This document shows, one piece after another, positions 44,986 to 54,970 of a stretch of 55,622 bases of DNA (its first letter is position 1; each line of letters starts with the position of its first letter). The notes below the pieces were generated by a model. It was not told where the DNA came from, searched no databases, and saw only the letters and a list, made by a program, of their open reading frames with translations. The stretch lies in the NCBI GenBank assembly GCA_032718475.1, contig JAUCBJ010006374.1, forward strand, positions 1 to 55,622, written 5' to 3'. A program made the position numbers and the translations under genes. This DNA is from Nemertoderma westbladi. Taxonomy: Eukaryota; Animalia; Xenacoelomorpha.

Positions 44986-45679
44986 AATAATTGTGCGCTA
45001 AGGCTCGCCCTGACTGTGTGGCTCGCCCCACAGTCTATATCACAAGCGGGTTCATGGAGTACAGATTTAATTGCTGAATGGCTCCGCGGAAAATTTGAAC
45101 TGCACTTGTTTCTGTTTTGGCTACTTATCATAGTAGTATATCCAAAATAGTTTATTCCACAAAATTTTGGGCTAATTATTTTTCGTTTTGTTATAAATTA
45201 GATAAAGGCCTTTTACAAAAATTTGGGAACCAATTGGATTTAGGTTTCATATTTAAACAGCCATATTTTTAATGTTATTGACTGAAAATTTTCAAGAATA
45301 CAATCACGTCGACCTACAATGTCGATTTAGTGTAATGGTAGAAAAAAGTAAGTACTTAAAGGACCGTATGGCCTTTAACCCTTTAACTACAGCAAACGGG
45401 CGGTGCCCATTGATGATATGCGCGACGGACGAGCACCGCATGTCACTGTTCTATGCTTTGCAATAGTGATTTGTTATGTCGCCGGATTTCAATGTCAACA
45501 ATTTTCTGTAAACTGTGTTCCTAAATTAAGGTTTGGTTTTGGTTGAAAAAAGAATCCCGCCACTCTAACCAATTCCTTTCCCTAAATAAGAAATTTAAAT
45601 CAATTATTTAAAGTAAAAATTCGTAACATTATTTTGTTCAAAAATCTATCGAAGTAAACACGGTAAAGGTTATACTCAC

Positions 45680-45831
45680 TCCAACAATCAATAGTCGGTC
45701 CGCCAAATAGTCATAATAGCCGTCCAACACCTGGAAACCTTCATCCATCAACGGAAACTCATCAATGATTTTCTTCGGATATGACGGCAAGGTTGCACCA
45801 GTTTCTATATTCACTTTCCATGCGTAAAGTC
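45680..45831 (-). CDS. Exon 3 (152 bp), hemopexin-like blades 1-2: (G)LYAWKVNIETGATLPSYPKKIIDEFPLMDEGFQVLDGYYDYLADRLLIVG
   Basis: Acceptor cacccgcag|GA and donor GGA|gtgagt. G-x-Y-x-W...SYPKKIIDEFP resembles the hemopexin-repeat motif G..YW...GYPK.I...FP. Confidence 0.88.
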
Positions 45832-46013
45832 CTGCGGGTGTATTATATTTATATAGAATATTGTAATGGATAATTATAAGACTTAAAATACATAAAATAT
45901 AAGTAGAGAGAAACAATCAAGAACAAGCGCAACTGGAACTCCCAAGGTTGAATATTCTGAATCTAACCCTCATATCGCTTGTTGGGCACACAATTTACGA
46001 ATTGTAACATTAT

Positions 46014-46082
46014 CTGACCCCGAATCGAAACCAAGCAGAGGGGACAGAACGTTGAATGTCTTACCTAACCACCAGACTAGCT
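46014..46082 (-). pseudogene. Degenerate tRNA-like sequence (tRNA-Glu-like SINE head or tRNA pseudogene) in intron 2
   Basis: Minus strand reads TAGTCTGGTGGTTAGG (A box-like) ... GGTTTCGATTCGGGGTCAG (B box-like); the cloverleaf is not intact. Confidence 0.4.
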
Positions 46083-46137
46083 GAAGTCGAAAATCGTAAA
46101 ATTATATTGGTAAATTAAAAATACAAAGAATACACAC

Positions 46138-46275
46138 CTTTAAGTAAATACGCGTAATCCCATTTACGGCCGACGCGTTCTGGTGACGTAAACGCGGCTT
46201 GTATCGGAGGGGATAATTCCACTGAGTACAATTCTCCATGGCAACTAGATAAGCTGCTAACGATTAGGTAAATAT
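46138..46275 (-). CDS. Exon 2 (138 bp): signal peptide end and hemopexin-like blade 1: IYLIVSSLSSCHGELYSVELSPPIQAAFTSPERVGRKWDYAYLLK(G)
   Basis: Acceptor aatttaattttag|AT and donor AAAG|gtgtgt, phase 1/1. IQAAF...YAYLLKG resembles hemopexin IDAAF...TYFFKG. Confidence 0.85.
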
Positions 46276-46467
46276 CTAAAATTAAATTTTTATCATTTCG
46301 CTGATTTATTAGGAGTCCATGGCCAACTGACATGTGACAAAACCTTGTTTCAAAATTCGGAAACACAGAATTGTTTCACAAATAAAAATATGCACCTAAT
46401 TCAATAAGTAATTAGGAGCCCGAAAAATCTCAGGGATACTTTCTGTAAAACTCTCAGGATATATAAC

Positions 46468-48358
46468 ACTGACTGACTGACTGACTGACTGACTGACTGA
46501 CTGACTGACTGACTGACTGACTGACTGACTGACTGACTGACTGACTGACTGACTGACTGACTGACTGGCTGACTGACTGACTGACTGACTGACTGACTGA
46601 CTGACTGACTGACTGACTGACTGACTGACTGACTGACTGACTGACTGACTGACTGACTGACTGACTGACTGACTGACTGACTGACTGACTGACTGACTGA
46701 CTGACTGACTGACTGACTGACTGACTGACTGACTGACTGACTGACTGACTGACTGACTGACTGACTGACTGACTGACTGACTGACTGACTGACTGACTGA
46801 CTGACTGACTGACTGACTGACTGACTGACTGACTGACTGACTGACTGACTGACTGACTGACTGACTGACTGACTGACTGACTGACTGACTGACTGACTGA
46901 CTGACTGACTGACTGACTGACTGACTGACTGACTGACTGACTGACTGACTGACTGACTGACTGACTGACTGACTGACTGACTGACTGACTGACTGACTGA
47001 CTGACTGACTGACTGACTGACTGACTGACTGACTGACTGACTGACTGACTGACTGACTGACTGACTGACTGACTGACTGACTGACTGACTGACTGACTGA
47101 CTGACTGACTGACTGACTGACTGACTGACTGACTGACTGACTGACTGACTGACTGACTGACTGACTGACTGACTGACTGACTGACTGACTGACTGACTGA
47201 CTGACTGACTGACTGACTGACTGACTGACTGACTGACTGACTGACTGACTGACTGACTGACTGACTGACTGACTGACTGACTGACTGACTGACTGACTGA
47301 CTGACTGACTGACTGACTGACTGACTGACTGACTGACTGACTGACTGACTGACTGACTGACTGACTGACTGACTGACTGACTGACTGACTGACTGACTGA
47401 CTGACTGACTGACTGACTGACTGACTGACTGACTGACTGACTGACTGACTGACTGACTGACTGACTGACTGACTGACTGACTGACTGACTGACTGACTGA
47501 CTGACTGACTGACTGACTGACTGACTGACTGACTGACTGACTGACTGACTGACTGACTGACTGACTGACTGACTGACTGACTGACTGACTGACTGACTGA
47601 CTGACTGACTGACTGACTGACTGACTGACTGACTGACTGACTGACTGACTGACTGACTGACTGACTGACTGACTGACTGACTGACTGACTGACTGACTGA
47701 CTGACTGACTGACTGACTGACTGACTGACTGACTGACTGACTGACTGACTGACTGACTGACTGACTGACTGACTGACTGACTGACTGACTGACTGACTGA
47801 CTGACTGACTGACTGACTGACTGACTGACTGACTGACTGACTGACTGACTGACTGACTGACTGACTGACTGACTGACTGACTGACTGACTGACTGACTGA
47901 CTGACTGACTGACTGACTGACTGACTGACTGACTGACTGACTGACTGACTGACTGACTGACTGACTGACTGACTGACTGACTGACTGACTGACTGACTGA
48001 CTGACTGACTGACTGACTGACTGACTGACTGACTGACTGACTGACTGACTGACTGACTGACTGACTGACTGACTGACTGACTGACTGACTGACTGACTGA
48101 CTGACTGACTGACTGACTGACTGACTGACTGACTGACTGACTGACTGACTGACTGACTGACTGACTGACTGACTGACTGACTGACTGACTGACTGACTGA
48201 CTGACTGACTGACTGACTGACTGACTGACTGACTGACTGACTGACTGACTGACTGACTGACTGACTGACTGACTGACTGACTGACTGACTGACTGACTGA
48301 CTGACTGACTGACTGACTGACTGACTGACTGACTGACTGACTGACTGACTGACTGACT
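46468..48358. repeat. (GACT)n microsatellite, 1,891 bp, about 473 units
   Basis: Directly visible; I see a single substitution (A>G at 46568). Confidence 0.99.
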
Positions 48359-48916
48359 AACTCGTGCGAACGACTTAGTAACTCGTCCGAACGACTTACT
48401 AACTTTACTTCGATTGGCTAAATAATTGGTAATAAAAGTACAACCTTTTTAGCGGGATTTTCAATTCAATCTACAGCATTGTTGTTGATGGCATTATTGG
48501 TTGAAAATATTATTATCAAAAATATTAATAATATACATATCAAATTCCGATAGCACCGCCACCAGCCCTCCATACTACCACAGTTGGGAAAAAGTTCTAG
48601 AATAGCTACCGCCACCGCCACTGTAAAAGGTTAAATACAATTAAATACATAATCATTTATAACTAAAAATACTGATTAACGTAAAAACCCAACTAAACAT
48701 ACTTACAGCCTGAATCTGAAGACGCCAATCGTATTCAGCGATATCATATTCAGGGGTATCAGAGTATACAGGTAGGCCTATATCCAATATAATATTTTCA
48801 ACCAATAATGCCATCAACAACAATGCTGTAGATTGAATTGAAAAACCCGCTAAAAAGGTTGTACTTTTATTACCAGTATTATTTAGAGAATCAAAGTACA
48901 GTTAGCAAGTCGTAGT

Positions 48917-49207
48917 AAAGTCGTTCGCACGACTTAGTATGTCATTCACACGACTTAAGTCATTCGCCCGACTTAGTAAGTCGTTCGCACGACTTAGTAT
49001 GTCATTCACACGACTTAAGTCATTCGCCCGACTTAGAAAGTCGTTCGCACGACTTAGTAAGTCGTTCGCACGACTTAGTATGTCGTTCGCACGAGTTAGT
49101 TAAGTCGTTCGCACGACTTAGTATGTCGTTCGCACGACTTAGTAAGTCGTTCGCACGACTTAGTAAGTCGTTCGCACGACTTAGTATGTCGTTCGCACGA
49201 CTTAGTC
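48917..49207. repeat. Tandem repeat of a mostly 21-bp palindromic unit TAAGTCGTTCGCACGACTTAG, about 14 copies
   Basis: Directly visible; each unit is TAAGTCG-ttcgca-CGACTTA, an inverted repeat. Confidence 0.92.
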
Positions 49208-49459
49208 GGTTATCGTATCTTATATCTTGTAAACGTGCTTGATAATGAAGTTATTGGCTTCATATTATATTTTTGCTAGTGGTAGCTAAGTTGCATTTTT
49301 TATTATGTGGGGCGAGCCACAAAGTCAGCTAGCCTCACGCCTTGCAGTTTAGACAATTGTTTAGTTTACTTACTGCTGACTGACATAGTTCCTTGTAATA
49401 GTTATCACTACTTTCACGGCTTTCTAGTTATCACAATAATTAAGTACCGGTAAGTAGTC

Positions 49460-49698
49460 TAGGGTGAATGAGGGAGACTTGAACCCAAAAAGTTATAATT
49501 GCTCTAAAGAAAAAATAAATTAATTTGTCAATGTTGTTTCAACTTTATTACATTTATGATTGCTATCATTACGTGAGAGTTTGAGATTTTCAATCCTTAA
49601 ACTTTTTACCAATAATTCGCCTTTTCGAAAAAGCGTCAAGTCTCCTCCAATGTGGGGAGACTTGACACCAAGGGTGGGAGACTTGAACCCCCCTCGTA
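49460..49698. mobile_element. Possible DNA-transposon end or MITE fragment with repeated GGGAGACTTGA motifs
   Basis: GGGAGACTTGA at about 49472, 49655 and 49676, with an inverted TCAAGTCTCC at about 49636. No matching second end found. Confidence 0.35.
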
Positions 49699-49883
49699 TT
49701 CTTGTAAATGCGTACAAATCTACAGTACATGAGAGGTGAAATAATTACATGTTCAACATGTATATTATATAGTAGAGCAGAAAAAATGCACAAAAATACG
49801 ATTATTATTAAATTGTAAAATTATCATCCCAAATAATTAATAATATATAATAAAATAATAATAACAATAATTAATATTAAATT

Positions 49884-51235
49884 TGGACTAAAGGTCAACT
49901 AAAGCCTCTCCCCAAGAAAGGAGACCTCGGCATACCAACAAACTATTGTGGGATCTGTCTGCTTGTGGTAGCTGCCAAAATATACAATAAAATGATTCTA
50001 TATAGGATTAGGCCTCACATAGAGAAACTACTGCATAAGAGCCAAAACGGATTTCGACCAAGTAGATCAACAATAGCTCAGATACTTGCACTACGAAGAC
50101 TGATTGAAGGAATTAAGTCAAAGAATCTCCCCGCAGTCATGACTTTTGTGGACTTCAAGAAGGCATTCGACTCCATCCATAGAGGTAAAATGCTTGAAAT
50201 CCTAAGAGCTTATGGAATACCAGAAGTAATTGTTGCTGGCATTGGATTATTATATTGTGACACAGAAGCGCAGGTACTCTCACCAGATGGTAAAACAGAG
50301 TTTTTCTCAATCCTGGCTGGCGTACTGCAAGGTGACCCATTAGCACCATTACTATTTGTAATTGTGCTGGATTACGCAATGAGGACGGCCACAAAGGGTG
50401 AAGATCTGGGATTCACACTTCAAGAACGCAGAATTAGTAGATATCCGGCAACTACAGTCACAGACACCGACTTTGCGGATGACATCGCCCTGCTCTCTAA
50501 TACGCCAGCAGATGCACAGCTTCTACTAAATAAAGTGGAGAGGGCTGCTAAGGAGGTTGGATTGCATATAAATGCTACCAAGAGAGAATTCATGACCTTT
50601 AAGGTTGATGGAAACTTGACAACCACAAGACTAAGTTCTTTCAAGCCACAGTGGAAAGTGTATTTTTATACAGGGGTGAGACCTGGACACTGACTAAATC
50701 ACTTGAACAACGAATTGATGGTTGCTCTTGCTACACAAGACTACTAAGGGCAGCCCTAAACATCAGCTGGAGACAACACATGACAAACACCAAGCTTTAT
50801 TGTACAATACCACCTGTATCAAACACCCTCCGTGAATATATAATTATATGATGTTAGACAACCACGACTTTAGAGGGATTGTGATATTAATATGAAAACA
50901 ATAAAATAAAATAAATAAAATATAAAATATCTGAGGGAATAAGACCCCATTTCCTATTTTATTGTTTTCATATTAATACCCTCCGTGAACGCAGATTAAG
51001 ATTCAGTAGGCACTGCTGGCGAAGTAAAGACGAGGTCATACCAGATCTACTTCTCTGGCAACCAACTCATGGAAAGCGTAGTCGTGGAAGACCGGCCATA
51101 ACATATATAGATCAACTTGAAAGGGATACTGAACTTGGGAGAAACGAAATTGCGACAACTATGGAGAATCGGGAATCCTGAAGGATCTCATTTCCACTGT
51201 CCGAGTTCGCTCGACCTAGTACTGTAGTAGTAGTA
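49884..51235 (+). mobile_element. 5'-truncated, decayed non-LTR retrotransposon (RTE-like), reverse transcriptase to 3' end
   Basis: PLPKKGDL..NY.GI.LL, QNGFR, FVDFKKAFDS, GVLQGD.LAP and FADD motifs, then ESVFLY.GETWTL and HGKRSRGRP.TYID. Internal deletion and frameshift near 50620-50650, an insertion at 50837-50977, and a (TAG)n tail. Confidence 0.9.
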
Positions 51236-52623
51236 TCCCTACTTCTTGTAACATCAATGATTCAACCCTCTGTTTATGTTTCAGGATTGCAGCGATATCT
51301 TCTGCTGGGTTCAAATCAGGTGAATTACCTGGCCATTCATTATTTCCAAAGAAATCAATATTTGCATTCCGCAGTAGTGATTGGGTGGGAAGTGCGCTCA
51401 TACAAGGTGCACGATCATGGAGAAAATTACATTATTATTATCACGTAGGAATGGTATAACATGACGAGTTAGCACATCATCTCGAAAGTATTGGCCATTC
51501 CAGGATTCGCCCTGCTCCTTAATGATGAACATTAAGTACTTCACCGTGAACATAATAAATATCCCAATGCATTGCAGCCCACTTGGAACCTGGCGATAGT
51601 GAACATGATCTGGAATCTGGTCCAATCTAAAAGCCCAAACTCGATCATTTTGGTGGTTAGGAGGTCGCGTGGTCCAAACGTAAAACTTATCAAATGCATC
51701 CAAGATGCATGAAGTCTTCAGCATACCATTATCGCAAATTATCGTTCAACCGGATCCGATCTTCCCGGTTGTGATCTGTCAGAAGTGGTTCTTTATGACA
51801 TGAAAAGCGATAAGTTTCTGCCGCTTAAACTCCCGAAATACTGCGCCTAAACTCTTCCCCTTTCCCATGATTTCATCGATCTCCTTCATCACGCCACGTA
51901 CAGACTTCTGAGCCCGACCCACCATATTGGATACAATGTCCCGCGATTCCTGTGACAATGAGATAGGGCGTCCAGTTCCGTCTAGCATTTTGCAATTATA
52001 ACTATTTTTATTCCAATTACTCTTAACAAAGCTCTCGCTCCAACTGAGTTTTTTTTGCAACCCACGACTTTGTTATGAAATTCGCCTCTGAATTCCACGC
52101 CTCTCTGAAAGTTATTGCGCGAATTCTGTCAAACCACTGAACCGCGCTAGTATCATTATGTCGCAATTGGCTTAAGAACAATTTCATTATGCTAATAGTC
52201 AGGGTGTGGAATAAGAGAATTGTAGGTGGATTTTTTTTTATTAAACGATATTACAGTGATCTTTGAAAAATTGAATACTTGGAAAAATATGAAAAAAGCA
52301 ACGTTTGGCAAATGAATTAATCTCACTTACCTGTAGTCATCCGACAGACATACAGACAGTCATTCCTGAATTCGAAGGATATCAACCCGGTCGGTGGTGG
52401 TAGGCCTACTAACAAAAACTTTCAGTTTTGTACAAATTGTTCTGGTACAAATGGAACGCTTTAGAAATTGATTCACTGTGGTCGAAATCCTTGGTATAAT
52501 ATGACAAGAAATTTTGTACAGAGATCCGAAATTAAATTCCCTATCGAATGGTATATTACTTGACTGTTAACCGATATCGGAAGTGTCTGTACTAGAGGGG
52601 GGTCATCATTATGGAACACCCGG
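51236..52623 (-). mobile_element. Decayed Tc1/mariner-superfamily (ITm) transposon with DD37E transposase, 3'-truncated
   Basis: Frameshifted fragments DRIRAITFREA, GRPISLS, PNHQNDRVWA and FLHDRAPC...WPGNSPDLNPAE, with 37 residues between the second D and the E. TIR-like 5' end TA|CCGGGTGTTCCATAATGATGACCCC at 52623. Confidence 0.85.
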
Positions 52624-52625
52624 TA

Positions 52626-52690
52626 TACTTCGATTGGCTAAACATTATTGGTAATAAAAAAATACAACTAGTGGGTTTTTCAATTCAATA
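52626..52690 (+). repeat. Partial third copy of the foldback-element arm
   Basis: TACTTCGATTGGCTAAA...TTGGTAATAAAA..TACAAC...GGGTTTTTCAATTCAAT matches 48406-48470. Confidence 0.8.
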
Positions 52691-53107
52691 TAAAATAATG
52701 TAAAGTTGAATCTTAATAATGGCTAACTCAAGTCGGTCTGAAGTTCTCTCGTCTACGGCTAGAGGGCGAAATGTCTGAAAGTGAAATCTTTGACCCATTG
52801 CGTTTATTTATGATCCGTTCAAGCAAGCGAAAACCATAAATACATCCGAGTATTTGTGGGCTCGGTATTCAGTTCTGTATGTGACGTGCTGAGGGCCCAA
52901 CTTCATGTATTATATATTCTATCATTTAACGTTAAAAGCTTTTTAAAAAAGGTCCTAACATTTTTGATAGTAAATAGAGTACATGTAAGATGGGGCTTTG
53001 TCTTCCTTAAGGCTTCCAATCTCCAATTCTTTACAGTAGTTACGTTTGGCAATGGTAAAAATAAAATTAATGCTAGTGAAATAAATGTACAGGTATAATA
53101 TACTTAC

Positions 53108-53129
53108 AGATTATAGTTTGTATTATCAT
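53108..53129 (-). CDS. Exon 1 coding part (22 bp): ATG, MIIQTII; completes a 21-aa signal peptide MIIQTIIYIYLIVSSLSSCHG
   Basis: ATG in context aagaacATGa (A at -3), followed by a consensus donor T|gtaagt in phase 1, matching exon 2. Splicing gives a hydrophobic core and a plausible C-H-G cleavage site. Short exon, so less certain. Confidence 0.7.
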
Positions 53130-54689
53130 GTTCTTATCTAAAATGAATCTGGCGGATGAAGAAACGATTCGTCTCCAAAGGGTCCCAAAGGCATCCTTCG
53201 GATATTTTATTGTTTACTCATTCAAATATATAACATATAAATTTGATTAATTTATTAGAGTTCTATAAAAAAACATTTCCTTGACACAATTTACAATGAC
53301 GTGAGTTTAAGATAATGCCATGCCACATGTAAAATAATGTGTGATAAAGCTATGAAACTGAAAACATATTATTATTATTAAGTACTGCATACCTACTGTA
53401 GTAGGCCTACTGTACATGTGTACGTAGTGTATACAAACTACACTGTACGGCCTAGATAGGTGTGGCCTACAGTAATGCAAAAGTGTGTGGAAGGAATTCC
53501 TGCATTACGAATGTGTACATTAACATTTCCTTATAAAATAAAATATATATAATACAATATAAAAAATAAAAATCATATTTATATTATGGAAACGCATTGC
53601 ATATAGTATTAACTTAAACGATAATCTTACTCTAACAGCATTCATCCATTGTGATCTCATATAGTAGTATCCTATCACACATTGTAACTTTCAACAATAG
53701 TCTGAGGAGGCATATGGCCCAGTTTATGGAGGTTCGCATAGTTCCCAATGAGCTGGTTTGGTTCTAATCAACTAAAAAGATTCTATTGAATAATGTCTGC
53801 TTCAGTAACCAATGTCAACCAGGAGGTCGCTAGTAATAATAGTGGATAGACATTATATTATTATTTCAGTATTATTTATTTATTGACTCAAAATCAGCAA
53901 CATTTATATAAAAATGTAGCCTACATACAGTACCGGTATACGGGTACCTACAGTATACATCGACAACAAAACCGCCACTACGATACATCGTAGTGGTGCA
54001 TCGAAACACCACACAACTTCCATGGAATGTCTCATTGGTAGTACCTGCAGGGTGGGGCTCGATCACTACAGAGATTGTACAATGTAATGTACAATGTACA
54101 ATGTTAATGTGAGCTACTGTAGGTACATACAGTAGTTGATTACGGCTTGCGACATGTACAGTAGGTGTAGCCTGGATATTATTATTATCATTAAGTCTTG
54201 CTGTAGTACACCACGGCCTATGTGAAGCCACGGCCCTACTGTAGTTGGTGTACCGGTACCGCCTTGGCAGTCACGTCAGAGGCCGATTATATATATATTA
54301 TATGCGATATATGCATGACTTATGTGCATAACTTATATGTTTAATAAGTAATTAAACATTGCGTCCAGTAGTACCACAGTTATTCTTCGTCGTTATTGTG
54401 ATTCGTTGGTTCGAATGGAAAGGTGTCGTTGCAATGATTACACGTTCGTGGGGCCTTCGCGCAGCACGAGGCCCAGTTATGAGATACAAATTAAAATTGA
54501 GCGACTGTATCACAAAATCAGGTTTTGAGAAATTTACCCACACCACCAATCAATCAAAGAAAGGGGGACAGTACGTGTTCACCCCTTTTAATCCCCCCCC
54601 CCCCCCCACCCTTCCCAACCACCAATACATAACCGCGACATCATCTACCACCCACGGAAGGGTAGCACGAACTTATTTCCAATCGCACG

Positions 54690-54970
54690 TTCAATATGCA
54701 AAGCCAGGTGGTTTATAGGAATATAATAAACGCAGTACTCGTATTCATTATAAGCCTCGTTGCGTTCGTCCTGTTTTGTATTTAAATATATTTCTTAAAC
54801 GCAGGCTAGGACGTTCTTTATAATAATAATAACTAGGGATGCGATCAATATGTGAAGCCAGGTGGTTTATATAATAATTTAGTCAACGCAGTACTCGTCT
54901 TCATTATATGCCTCGTTGCGCTCGTCGCTTGTCCTGTTTTGTTATAAAATATTTTTCCTAAACGCAGACT
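54690..54970 (+). repeat. Diverged direct duplication, about 120-bp unit with about 155-bp period
   Basis: TCAATATG..AAGCCAGGTGGTTTATA...AACGCAGTACTCGT.TTCATTAT..GCCTCGTTGCG...TAAACGCAG occurs at about 54690-54807 and 54845-54969. Confidence 0.85.

Larger units (their letters stand above)
46455..49220. mobile_element. Foldback/MITE-like element with long inverted arms containing tandem repeats
   Basis: 48427-48513 is the reverse complement of 48789-48875 (87 bp, one mismatch seen). Homology continues outward into CGTGCGAACGACTT units on the left and AAGTCGTTCGCACG units on the right. The outer ends also resemble each other. Confidence 0.65.

Noticed and set aside
45374-48634. TTAACCCTTT...AAAGGTTAA as piggyBac-like ends enclosing exons 2-3
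   Set aside because: The match is too short and imperfect for AT-rich DNA.
48700-48750. ATG...CT|GTAAGT as an alternative first coding exon
   Set aside because: Phase 2, incompatible with the phase-1 exon 2, and it lies in the foldback spacer.
48917-49207. Second CRISPR-like palindromic array
   Set aside because: Head-to-tail units without spacers; part of the foldback arm.
53190-53280. TATA-like promoter for the giant gene
   Set aside because: Several AT-rich candidates, and a possible acceptor just upstream of the ATG suggests a further 5' UTR exon; the start site cannot be placed.
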